A stretch of DNA of 64,000 nt from Deltaproteobacteria bacterium. GTDB taxonomy: Bacteria; Myxococcota_A; Polyangia; Fen-1088. A model generated the notes under the pieces. It did no database searches. It saw nothing but the letters and a program-made list of their open reading frames with translations, and was not told where the DNA came from. Of this stretch, positions 36,173 through 45,519 are shown piece after piece. The DNA is taken from NCBI GenBank assembly GCA_033763315.1, contig JANRKS010000005.1, forward strand, positions 321,646 to 385,645. Direction: 5' to 3'. Each line of letters opens with the position of its first letter. The first letter of the stretch is position 1. Both the position numbers and the translations under genes were made by a program.

Positions 36173-37735
36173 ATGCTTGCCTGGCCTGCGCGCCCCCGAA
36201 CGCTCGTCGCGCTTGCGGCCGTGGTATCGCACGCCTCGGCACTTTGGGGAGGCTTCGTGTGGCTCGACCACGCGCACATCACAGATGGACTCGCGATCGT
36301 GCCGCTGCGACACATCAGCATGGCATTTACACAGGGCTTCGCCGGCACAGGGTTTTATCGGCCCTTGATGGCGGCTTCGCTATCGCTCGACGCCGCTTTG
36401 GGGGCGCCTGCCTGGTGGTTCCACGCCATGTCATTGGCTTGGCATGCCGCCGCCTCTGTCATGGTGCTCATCACGGCCCAGGCTTTAGGAACGAAAACGC
36501 GTTCGGCTGTGGTAGCCGGTTTGATCTTTGCTGTTCACCCCATGGGTGCCCTGGTCACTGGTGCGATTGCGTTCCGTTCGGAGGCGATGATCACTTGTGC
36601 CCTTTTGGCTTTGCTCGTGTTTCATCTGCAAAGACGGCCCTGGGCGTCGGCCTGTGCGTTGCTCCTCGGGGGCCTTACGAAGGAGACGGCGTTGGTGCTG
36701 GGGCCGCTGTTCATCGTTGCCTTGGAAGTCGAGCGACCCAGCAAGCGGTGGAAGTTGTGGCTTTGCGAAGCGGCGGCATTCGCGATGGCCGTGATGCCGC
36801 GCTTATTGTTCTCGCCCGCTTGGCACGCGCACTTTGCACCGCTGACGACCAATTACGCGGTGGGCACACGCTTGGCGGCGCTACTAAAGACGGCCGCGCT
36901 TGCTGTTTTCCCATTTCGCCACACGGTGTGCGACGCTTTCCCCGTCACAGCGGCGTGGTCGTTGGTTTCGATGCTGGGAGCCGTGGTGTTGGTTGGGATT
37001 GGGTGGTTGGCGTGGAAGCAGCGTGGCCCTGCCGTGCTGTTGCTTATAGCGCTTCTGCCATCGCTTCACCTCGTGCCTATCATGCGCTGGTGGTCGCCCC
37101 ACTATGTCTACGTGCCGATGGCGTTCGCTTGCATAGTGGTGGCCGAGCCTGTGGTGCGCCTTTGGCGCGAGCGCAGCCGTTGGGGCTCGGCTGTGGCCGT
37201 GGCCGCGCTGGTGATGCTGTGTCTGCAGAGCCTAAGTTCCGGTCTGCGCTATCGCAGCGACGTGACATTGTGGCAGCCAGAAGTGGCGCACGATCCAACG
37301 TGCCGGGAAGGCCACTTCTATATGGGCGAGGCCGCGCGCGCCGCGGGCCACCTTGACGAGGCTGTGGCTCATTACGAGGCTGCCGTCACCAGCCACGCGC
37401 GCGTGATCGCATATGTTGATCAAGGCGCCGCCTTGCAGAACCTGGGCGTGGTTCGCCTCTCGCAATCACGCTTTGACGATGCTGTCGCTATTTTCCGCAG
37501 CGCCTTGGCAGTGGTGAACGAGCCATCGGAGCGGCGCCAGATCACGCATAACTTGGCCACAGCAGAACTTCGTTTGGGTCACGCCGAACAAGCTGAAGAT
37601 TTGCTTCGGCAGGAAACTGAACGCAACGACGCGCTAAAGGCTTCCTTGTTTGTGCGGGCACATGCGTTGGCTCGCCTTGGACGCCGCCACGAGGCTGATG
37701 TGCTGATGGCCCGCTATAAGACCGCCCTACCTTAA
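36173..37735 (+). CDS. Multi-TM protein with C-terminal TPRs (TMTC/GT-C glycosyltransferase-like)
   Basis: GFVWLD, FYRPL, FAVHP, R.E, TKE, YRSDVTLW, then TPR repeats; start approximate. Confidence 0.72.
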   Translation: MLAWPARPRTLVALAAVVSHASALWGGFVWLDHAHITDGLAIVPLRHISMAFTQGFAGTGFYRPLMAASLSLDAALGAPAWWFHAMSLAWHAAASVMVLITAQALGTKTRSAVVAGLIFAVHPMGALVTGAIAFRSEAMITCALLALLVFHLQRRPWASACALLLGGLTKETALVLGPLFIVALEVERPSKRWKLWLCEAAAFAMAVMPRLLFSPAWHAHFAPLTTNYAVGTRLAALLKTAALAVFPFRHTVCDAFPVTAAWSLVSMLGAVVLVGIGWLAWKQRGPAVLLLIALLPSLHLVPIMRWWSPHYVYVPMAFACIVVAEPVVRLWRERSRWGSAVAVAALVMLCLQSLSSGLRYRSDVTLWQPEVAHDPTCREGHFYMGEAARAAGHLDEAVAHYEAAVTSHARVIAYVDQGAALQNLGVVRLSQSRFDDAVAIFRSALAVVNEPSERRQITHNLATAELRLGHAEQAEDLLRQETERNDALKASLFVRAHALARLGRRHEADVLMARYKTALP

Positions 37736-37744
37736 ATGCGCGTT

Positions 37745-38710
37745 CTACTTAGGTAAGTCGGCCGCCACTTGGGCAGCAAGAATCCGCACCCCCTTATCGG
37801 CGTCAGAGGCAGCGATTTGCCCTGCCAAAGTGGCCAACGATGGATCGTTTGCGCCCTTAAGCGCATGTAGCGCGGAGAGCCGCACATACGCTGCAGGGTC
37901 CGAGGCCGCCGCAAGCTTGAGGGCCTCTAGAGCCGCCGGGTTGTCACGCAGAAGCCCCAGGTTGCGTGCGGCTTCGAGGCGAATCGATTCATGTGGTCCC
38001 GTGCGCGCGAGCTCCGCCAAAACCTGAACGGCTTTGGGATCGCCGGTGTTGGCCAACGCCGCCATCGCTTTCATACGCGGCGTGAACACCTTCTCGTCAG
38101 GAAGTTCAGTTGAAGGATCATTGGGGTTGCGTGGTTCGGCGATAAGGGGCGCTGCAGGCAGATCCGGATCAGTCAACGCCACATCTGACAACGCCGCCAC
38201 CGCCGTGGGTGTTTTCTGTTGCCCCAAGCTTTCGAATGCCATGGCGCGGGTGGAACTCTGCTTCCCCTGCCGCGCTTCTTCAATCACGCGCGCCTCAACG
38301 GCGGGCCAAGGCAAGCGTCTTAAGAGGTTAAACAAGCGATCGCGTGCGGCGGGCAATGTGCTGCCATTAAGGCGGGCGATCACGGGCGTAACTGCGCCCT
38401 CGCCCATGCTCAGCAGCTGTTCCTCCCACGCCTGCGCTTGGCGCTCTTCTTCTTCGCTTAGCGCACGGGCCGATCCCACGAGCGCGAACCACTGTTCGGT
38501 CAACAGCTCGGCGGCCGTGGCTGGTGCTTTGGGCGGAGGCGCTGGCGATGTTGGCGGCGCTTGGATGGGTTGGTCCTGCACTGGTGTGGGAGCCGGCAGA
38601 GCAGCCTGAGTATCAACAGGGGGGGCCGGTGTCGAGGCTGACCGCACAGCAAAGCAAACCGCCGCAATCGCCCCCACCAATAACACCCCGAGGATGGTTC
38701 TGGCTTTCAT
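37745..38710 (-). CDS. Membrane-anchored HEAT-repeat protein
   Basis: N-terminal TM, Pro-rich linker, repeats such as IRLEAARNLG and VRLSALHAL. Confidence 0.75.
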   Translation of the reverse strand: MKARTILGVLLVGAIAAVCFAVRSASTPAPPVDTQAALPAPTPVQDQPIQAPPTSPAPPPKAPATAAELLTEQWFALVGSARALSEEEERQAQAWEEQLLSMGEGAVTPVIARLNGSTLPAARDRLFNLLRRLPWPAVEARVIEEARQGKQSSTRAMAFESLGQQKTPTAVAALSDVALTDPDLPAAPLIAEPRNPNDPSTELPDEKVFTPRMKAMAALANTGDPKAVQVLAELARTGPHESIRLEAARNLGLLRDNPAALEALKLAAASDPAAYVRLSALHALKGANDPSLATLAGQIAASDADKGVRILAAQVAADLPK

Positions 38711-41427
38711 GGTTGTTCCACAAGAAGGTCGTATGAACCTGAGTCTAGCGCCAACGTGGCTCCACGGTTGCCCTGCGATGCTTGCAAAGTTTTCAACCCG
38801 GGAGCGCGATCGAGCGGACGCCCGCTTTCGGTGGTGGCGCCAACCACTGGCAAATCAACGGTGGCTGTTACATTGGGGGGAACGCTCACCTTCAAACGAA
38901 ACGCCTTGCCTTGCATGCGCCACGATGTGGTGATCGGGCCATAGAGGGATTCATAGCGGGCGCGGGCCCATGTCAAACCGCCACCCACTTGCGGTCGCAC
39001 GAACACATGCGCACCTCCGGGCGCACGTGCATCCAAGGCGATGCCGCCAACGGCGTCAAACAGCCACACACCAACACCTGCATAGGCGAACGAATTGAGC
39101 GCGGTTGTCCTGTTTGTGTTTGCAAGGTTTTCCCACAAGGTTGTGGCGCCTTGATCGACCGCGCACATCCATGACGGGCAGCCCGGTTGCATCAGCACCT
39201 TGTACGCAAGATCGCTGCGCCCGATGCGCGTAAGTGCCGGTAAAAGATAGCTTGCGCCCAATACGCCTGCCTTCACGCGATATCCATCGCGCTCAAGAAC
39301 ACTGATAAAGCGCTTGGCGCTGGCCTCAAATAAAGGTGGCGGCACCAGATCAAGCCCAATGGCCAACGCATAAGCGCCCTGTGTGTCGCCGGTCAGTGTG
39401 CCATCGGCCTTGATGAATCGCTTGGCAAACGCCGCACGCGCCGCCTTGGCTATCGCGCCGTACTTTTGCGCGTAGGAGTCCAAGCTGTGACCCCGCTGCT
39501 CCGCGATTTGCACAAGCGCTAGGGCGGCGTGAACAAGTTCAGCAGAACCAACAAGCGCGGCATCCGTGCGAGCGCCTTGTTCACCTGGATCGCCAGCGAA
39601 TGTGCCTGGCACATTATTCGCAACATAGTCAGGGCTGCGAGACACCACGAGATCCACCCAGCGTCCCATCGATGTCAAATGCCGATCAATCGCTTGATGA
39701 TCGGCGTAACATTCGAACAAAGCCCAGGGCACGACAACGCCCCCTGATCCAGCGGCAGGGCCACCATCATGCCACCGTTGGGCCGGAGCGGTGTCTGCAT
39801 AAGTGGCGTCTGCAGCTTGCGCATCCCGAATGTCGTCGGTCCATTTGCGCAAAAGCGTGCGCACGTTGCGGAACAGGCAGGAGGTATGCGCAATGGCTCG
39901 TCCTTGGGGCAGAGCCCCTGCGCGGTTTGCACCGGCGGGAAACGGCGTAGGCACGCTGGCGAAGCCTGAGCGTAAGGACCAGTCAATGTTCTGTATCAAA
40001 CGGTTCAACCGTTTGTCAGACGATTCCAATTGTGCCGTTTGGGGTGCTTCCGAGTGCACCACGCGGCCCAAGATTGTGCTTGGCGCTGGCTTTGGGCCTA
40101 GGCCCTTCACTTCCACATAGCGAAAGCTGTGCAACGTAAACTTGGGCTCCCACGTTTGTGTGCTCGTGACGCCGCCTTTCGCTGTGAAAACATCCGTGGC
40201 CTCACAACCTTGCAGGTTGTCTGTGAGTAAGTTGCCATCTTGGTTGAGTGCTTCAGCAAATTTCATCGTCACAGTGGCGCCTGCTGGCACCTTGGCGCGC
40301 AATCGCGCCCAGCCCACAATGTTTTGGCCGAGATCGAACACAGCGACGCCGGGCCGCGGTTCGCTGACTTTTACCGCCGCCACATCCTGCACGACACGCA
40401 TTGGCGCGCCGGCGTCTGGCACCAAGTCTCGTTCGCGTTTGGTGTCGTATAAGACCGCCGGCGACCAAGCGCTATCATCATAGCCCGCCGTGTTCCATCC
40501 CGGCAGCTCGTGACGGGCATCATAGGTTTCTCCGTCACACAGGTGCGCGCTGCGGATGGGGCCAGGGTGTGCGCGCCAGCTTTCGTCGCCCAACACAACT
40601 TGCTTCGTTCCATCTATGAGGGTGGCCTCAAGCTGCACCATCAGGCGCGGTGGCTGATCGTGGCACGCCCCCACCACGCCTCCCAATCCAGCCGTGCACC
40701 AGCCGCCCGCGACAACGGCGCCCAACACATTGTCGCCCTTACGCAACAGCTTCGTGACGTCGTACGTTTGAAACAGGGCGCGCTTTTCGTAGTTCGTATA
40801 CCCCGGCGCCAACACATCATCGCCAACACGCTGGCCATTGATTGAAAGCTCGTACACACCAAACCCACTGGCGTACACGCGTCCCAACTTGCTCGCCGTG
40901 TTTAGCCGAAATGGCTTGCGTAGATACACGACAGATCGATCGCCAAGAGCCGCCACGGCTGCGTAGCCCGGCGCCTTTGCGGGCCTACCAATCCAACCGC
41001 CTTGCCACTCTTCATCATAAAGCGCCATCTCGAAATGGCTGGGCGCCGCGAATGGGGAGGGCCGATCCTGCTTGTCCCAAGCGCGGACGGTCCAATAGGC
41101 GCGTTGACGGCCTTGCAACGGCTTGCCCGCAAATGGCACATCAATAGAGGCCGCTGACGTCAGCTTACCGGAATCCCACACATCGGCGGACCCAGGTCGC
41201 AAAAGAGCGGGATCGCTTGCCACCAACACTTGATAAGCCGTCTGCTTTTGACCCCGTTCGTCGCTTTGCAAAACCCAGCTGAGCCGAGGCTCGAATTGCA
41301 TCAATCCCAACGGGGCCACCCGGCCATCCCAGCGCAGGCCGGTGACGGTAAGGCCTTTTGCAACGGCGTCGGATCCGGTGGCCACAAAGACCGCAGCGGT
41401 CAACAAGACCCCTTGTATTCTCCACAT
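38707..41427 (-). CDS. GH78 alpha-L-rhamnosidase-like protein with degenerate active site
   Basis: Full GH78 architecture (PRLSW..QTAYQ, WDSGK, LAPGYTNY, GETYDAR, DLGQN, FRYVEV, GATTLWE); catalytic loop altered; start set at MWRIQG. Confidence 0.88.
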   Translation of the reverse strand: MWRIQGVLLTAAVFVATGSDAVAKGLTVTGLRWDGRVAPLGLMQFEPRLSWVLQSDERGQKQTAYQVLVASDPALLRPGSADVWDSGKLTSAASIDVPFAGKPLQGRQRAYWTVRAWDKQDRPSPFAAPSHFEMALYDEEWQGGWIGRPAKAPGYAAVAALGDRSVVYLRKPFRLNTASKLGRVYASGFGVYELSINGQRVGDDVLAPGYTNYEKRALFQTYDVTKLLRKGDNVLGAVVAGGWCTAGLGGVVGACHDQPPRLMVQLEATLIDGTKQVVLGDESWRAHPGPIRSAHLCDGETYDARHELPGWNTAGYDDSAWSPAVLYDTKRERDLVPDAGAPMRVVQDVAAVKVSEPRPGVAVFDLGQNIVGWARLRAKVPAGATVTMKFAEALNQDGNLLTDNLQGCEATDVFTAKGGVTSTQTWEPKFTLHSFRYVEVKGLGPKPAPSTILGRVVHSEAPQTAQLESSDKRLNRLIQNIDWSLRSGFASVPTPFPAGANRAGALPQGRAIAHTSCLFRNVRTLLRKWTDDIRDAQAADATYADTAPAQRWHDGGPAAGSGGVVVPWALFECYADHQAIDRHLTSMGRWVDLVVSRSPDYVANNVPGTFAGDPGEQGARTDAALVGSAELVHAALALVQIAEQRGHSLDSYAQKYGAIAKAARAAFAKRFIKADGTLTGDTQGAYALAIGLDLVPPPLFEASAKRFISVLERDGYRVKAGVLGASYLLPALTRIGRSDLAYKVLMQPGCPSWMCAVDQGATTLWENLANTNRTTALNSFAYAGVGVWLFDAVGGIALDARAPGGAHVFVRPQVGGGLTWARARYESLYGPITTSWRMQGKAFRLKVSVPPNVTATVDLPVVGATTESGRPLDRAPGLKTLQASQGNRGATLALDSGSYDLLVEQP

Positions 41428-41555
41428 GCGGGCTAGCGTACGTCCTGGTCCAACGACTCGTGCCGTCGTGAACTTTTCGTCGCGGAAAGTTTGCACGATT
41501 GCCCCAACTCATCCCTCGGCACCATTCTTTTGCGCCGTGGCCGCGTCATGACTTA

Positions 41556-42860
41556 TCACCCGCGGCTTGCGTCGCCGTCAGCGCAACGAGCTAACTTTTT
41601 CTCGAACACCGCCCGCTCGGCCTTCGTTGGCGCCGATTCGATGGCCCGCAGCCAGTATCGCTGTGCTTCTTCAAACGCTCCTTGTCGGCGCAGCAATTCG
41701 CCGTGGGTTGCGTCCCACAAATAGTATCCACTTAGCCACGAAGGGGGCTTTGCTTGCCTAAGCAGATCTAATCCCGCTTGCGGCCCCTTCCATTCGGCCA
41801 GGGCAATCGCACGGTTGAGCGTGTGAATGGGTGAAGGCTGGCGTGCTTCGAGCATTTCGTAGAGCGAAACGATTTCATCCCACCGCGTTTGTTGAAACGT
41901 TGGTGCGATGCAATGTTCTGCGAGCACAGCTGCCTCCGCGTGGTAGCGGGAAAAGTTTTCGCCCTGAGCAGCATGCAGCAAACACTCGAGACCGCGGTGG
42001 ATCCCGGCTTTGTCCCAAGCCAAGCGATCCTGCTCTTCCAACATTAGAAGCCCACCTTGCCCATCGTGCCGGGAGGCAAACCTTGCAACATGCATCTCCA
42101 TCAACGCCATCAGAGCCCACGACTCAGGGGTTGACGTGGCCGGATGTTGCAGCAAAAGCTGTCCGAGCCGAATCGCTTCATCGCATAGTTCACGCCGAAT
42201 CGGGGCGTCGTGTACCAAGGAGGAATAGCCCTCATTGAAGAGCAGGTAAATCACGCTTTGCACAGATTGCAGGCGGGAAGACAGGCGCTCTGGCTTTGGC
42301 GTGTTGGCCCATTCTTCTCTGGCTGACCATGCCTGCTTAAGGTGGCTGCGGCCGCGGCTCAGCAGCTTGTGAACGTTGTCTTCACTGATAAACAAGCGCG
42401 CGGCAATTTCGTGGGTTGCAAAGCCGCAAAGAAGCTTCAAGGCCAACACCAAGCGGCCTTGTTCGTTTAGCCCTTCCTCACAGCAAACGAACAACATGCG
42501 CAGTTGATCATCCGCAATCTCACCCCACAGAACCGGATCTGTTGGCTCTGGCGCGTCTTGTGCGCGAACAGACAGTTCGCTTTCTGCACCTTTGTCAGCC
42601 GTTCGATGCCGCCTTATCGAATCAAGAACATTGTTTTTGGCAACGCTTGTAAGCCAGGCAGACGGATTTTCAGGGACGCCGCCCCGTGCCCAGGCCGACA
42701 GGGCCTTTGCCAGCGCCGTTTGCACGGCGTCTTCGATGATGTCTATTTGCGAAGTGCGAAACAAACGCACCAGCGTGGCGACCAACCGGCCGTATTCATG
42801 GCGGAAAAAGTGATCCACCAAGACGTGTTGGGCCACACCTGGCGCGTTGCTTTCGGGCAC
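41556..42860 (-). CDS. ECF sigma factor with C-terminal extension (ECF42-like, DUF6596/TPR)
   Basis: EYGRLVATL, EDAVQ.A, DDQLRMLFVCC, YLLFNEGY, LEEQDRLAWD, LNRAIA. Confidence 0.9.
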   Translation of the reverse strand: MPESNAPGVAQHVLVDHFFRHEYGRLVATLVRLFRTSQIDIIEDAVQTALAKALSAWARGGVPENPSAWLTSVAKNNVLDSIRRHRTADKGAESELSVRAQDAPEPTDPVLWGEIADDQLRMLFVCCEEGLNEQGRLVLALKLLCGFATHEIAARLFISEDNVHKLLSRGRSHLKQAWSAREEWANTPKPERLSSRLQSVQSVIYLLFNEGYSSLVHDAPIRRELCDEAIRLGQLLLQHPATSTPESWALMALMEMHVARFASRHDGQGGLLMLEEQDRLAWDKAGIHRGLECLLHAAQGENFSRYHAEAAVLAEHCIAPTFQQTRWDEIVSLYEMLEARQPSPIHTLNRAIALAEWKGPQAGLDLLRQAKPPSWLSGYYLWDATHGELLRRQGAFEEAQRYWLRAIESAPTKAERAVFEKKLARCADGDASRG

Positions 42861-42864
42861 CTGC

Positions 42865-43200
42865 TCAGAATCCCATCATTTCCCGGATTTCGATCACCGA
42901 ATCCGGCATGTACACAATGGGGCATTCCCGCGCCACTTCGATGGCTTGTTCGATGGTTTCGGTCTGAATGACCGAATAGCCGCCGATGATCTCCTTGGCT
43001 TCCGGTAAAGGACCATCCGTGACTTTGCCGTCCTTCAAGAGCTTGGCTCCATGCTTGAGGCCGTCACCAACGTCAACCACCTGCGCTTTAAACTTCTCTT
43101 TCCAGGCCGTCCACTGCGCAAACATCTGCTGCATCTGTTCAGGAGACGGTTGGAAATCGGGGGAGGGGGGATTGCGATACAGAAATAGGTACTTTGTCAT
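42865..43200 (-). CDS. YciI/DGPF family protein
   Basis: VTDGPLPEAKEIIGGY..I...EA...A..CP....IEIR. Confidence 0.9.
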   Translation of the reverse strand: MTKYLFLYRNPPSPDFQPSPEQMQQMFAQWTAWKEKFKAQVVDVGDGLKHGAKLLKDGKVTDGPLPEAKEIIGGYSVIQTETIEQAIEVARECPIVYMPDSVIEIREMMGF

Positions 43201-43249
43201 TTGGTTCCTTTGGTGCAAAAACGATTTGGGCCGAGGCCCCTGCCTTCAC

Positions 43250-43276
43250 GACGTTGAGCCTGCACCGATTCGGACA
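43250..43276 (-). promoter_or_regulatory. Putative ECF42-type promoter of yciI-sigma
   Basis: Minus strand TGTCCG-N17-CGTC, resembling the TGTCGA/CGTC consensus. Confidence 0.55.
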
Positions 43277-43399
43277 ATTTTTTTATCCATTTTCGGCGCC
43301 AGGCGCCGGGTGATCTCCTCTCACGCCCCCCGGTCGCGCAAGCCTTCGCAGTTGCAAAAGTTGCAAACGTCATTCCGATGAAGCTGTGGTGCGTCGAAT

Positions 43400-45259
43400 T
43401 TGCTAGATTGCGGTACTATGTCGAACTCATCCACTGTTGCCAAAGCCGCACTTCCAGACACGGGCGCCGCCGATGTGCGGTGGGACTTGAATGATCTTTA
43501 TCGCGATCTCGATGATCCGGCTCTCGATGAAGACGTGGCGCGGTTCTTGGCGATGGCGGAGGCGTTTGACAAGAACCACCGTGGCAAGCTGCATGAGACA
43601 CTGGGGCAAGCGCTGCGTGAGCAAGCGGCCATGCAAACGCTTGGCAGCAAGGTGATGGTTTACCTGATGCTCCGTCGCAGCACAGATGCGGTTAATCCCG
43701 AGATCGACCGACGCATGGGCCAAGTTCAAGAAGCGTTCAGCGTGGCGGAGGCGAATCACCTCAATTTCTTCGAGCACGAATTGGTTGCGCTATCTGACGA
43801 GCAATACAAGGCTGCGCTCGCCGTCGATCCGTTCGCCCAGCATCATCGGTCTTTCTTGGACCACGCGCGCGCCAATCGCCAGTATCTTCTGAAGGAAGAG
43901 GTTGAGCGGGCTTTGACACTGCGTAGCCCGTTTGGCTCTTCGGAATGGGCAGAGTACACACACGAGCTTGAAGCCGAACTTCGATTCACGTTAGGCGACC
44001 GCACGCTCACACTGCCGGAGTTGTTGCACGTGGTCAGCAACGATCGCGACGCGGATCAACGCGCCCTGGCGCTGCAGACGCTAAGCGTTGGCCTCAAAGA
44101 GCAACGGTTTGAGCGCGTCATGGCGCGCACGTTGAATGCCATCATGGGCGCCAAGGCGGTCGAAGATCGGGAGCGTGGATATAAGAATCCGATCTCGGCA
44201 CGCAACATCGGCAACCGCGTCGACGACGAAACCGTGGAAGCCCTGCACGAAGCCGTGGCACAAACGGGCGCTCAGCAAGCACAAAGGTTCTATCGCCTCC
44301 TCGCGGCGCATCTTGGGAAGAAGACCCTGCGTTGGTCTGATCGCAACGCACGCCTACCATTTTCCGACGATCGCACTGTCTCGTGGCAGGAGTGTGTGGA
44401 CACAGTGCTTTCGGCCTACGGCTCTTTCAGCCCAACCTTGAAAGACATGATCAACACGATGTTGCAGCGGCGTTGGGTGGACGCACCTCCTTACCCTGGG
44501 AAGACGGGTGGGGCGTTCAACTGTGCCATCTTGCTGCCCAACGATGAGGCCCGTGCGTACAATCTTCTCAACTACCTGGGGTCCACACGCGACGTGATGA
44601 CGGTGGCACACGAAGCGGGGCACGGCGTTCATGGCATGTTGGCAGCGAAGGCTCAAGGCGCGCTGATGTTTCAGGCGCCTATGGCCTACGCCGAGACGGC
44701 ATCGATCTTCGGCGAAATGACGACCTTCAATTACTTGCTCGCGCGGGCCGAGACGGATCAGCAGAAGCTGGCGCTGTTGATGGATAAATGTGCCGACCAC
44801 GTCAACAGCGTCGTGCGGCAAATCTCGTTCTCGAATTTCGAGAAGAAGGCACACGAGCGCCGCAGAGAAACCAAGCTGACGGTGGAAGACTTCAATGCGA
44901 TCTGGATGGAGGTCACGAAATCGTTTTATGGCGCCGACGGAGAACTATTTACGTATGAGAACGTCGACAACCTGTGGTCTTACGTCACTCACTTTCAACG
45001 GCCCTTCTATGTTTATGCCTATGCGTTTGGCGAGCTGTTCACCCAGTCGTTGTTCGCCGTGCGTCAGCAATTCGGAGCCGATTTCGAGCCGATGTATCTT
45101 GATCTGCTGCGCGCCGGCGGCAGCAAGAACGCCGTGGAGCTGATGCAACCGTTCGGCCTGGATCCCCGCGACCCCACGTTCTGGCGCAAAGGCATCGAGG
45201 GCAGCGTGCAGAAGTGGCTGGACCAGGCAGAGGAGCTGTCGCGAGCGATTCTACGATAG
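43400..45259 (+). CDS. pepF: M3B oligoendopeptidase (PepF-like)
   Basis: WDL.DLY, GK.GGAF, HEAGH zinc motif, AETAS.FGE, FYVYAYAFG; start may be ATG 43418. Confidence 0.9.
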   Translation: MLDCGTMSNSSTVAKAALPDTGAADVRWDLNDLYRDLDDPALDEDVARFLAMAEAFDKNHRGKLHETLGQALREQAAMQTLGSKVMVYLMLRRSTDAVNPEIDRRMGQVQEAFSVAEANHLNFFEHELVALSDEQYKAALAVDPFAQHHRSFLDHARANRQYLLKEEVERALTLRSPFGSSEWAEYTHELEAELRFTLGDRTLTLPELLHVVSNDRDADQRALALQTLSVGLKEQRFERVMARTLNAIMGAKAVEDRERGYKNPISARNIGNRVDDETVEALHEAVAQTGAQQAQRFYRLLAAHLGKKTLRWSDRNARLPFSDDRTVSWQECVDTVLSAYGSFSPTLKDMINTMLQRRWVDAPPYPGKTGGAFNCAILLPNDEARAYNLLNYLGSTRDVMTVAHEAGHGVHGMLAAKAQGALMFQAPMAYAETASIFGEMTTFNYLLARAETDQQKLALLMDKCADHVNSVVRQISFSNFEKKAHERRRETKLTVEDFNAIWMEVTKSFYGADGELFTYENVDNLWSYVTHFQRPFYVYAYAFGELFTQSLFAVRQQFGADFEPMYLDLLRAGGSKNAVELMQPFGLDPRDPTFWRKGIEGSVQKWLDQAEELSRAILR

Positions 45260-45519
45260 CTCTGGCTCGCCTAGCGCGATATGTGGCTCGAATGGTCCGC
45301 CGGAGACGAGCTGACACAAGACGAGAGCCATAAACACGCGGTTAAGCCAAGCGGCCACAGAACCTGCATTTTCGCGACAGTTGTCGTCAAGCTCATAGAG
45401 ACAGCCCTCCAGTCCCAACCGAGCCATGTTTACACACCTTCCGTTTAAATCCGACGGGTAAATCGAAGGTGTTTTTTGCCGACGCTCAGGCGGCCAAAAG
45501 GCATGATGATGCCACTAGC

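Noticed and set aside
45260-45519. Structured RNA or tRNA in the 260-bp intergenic gap
   Set aside because: I could not identify a cloverleaf, T-loop or riboswitch motif by eye
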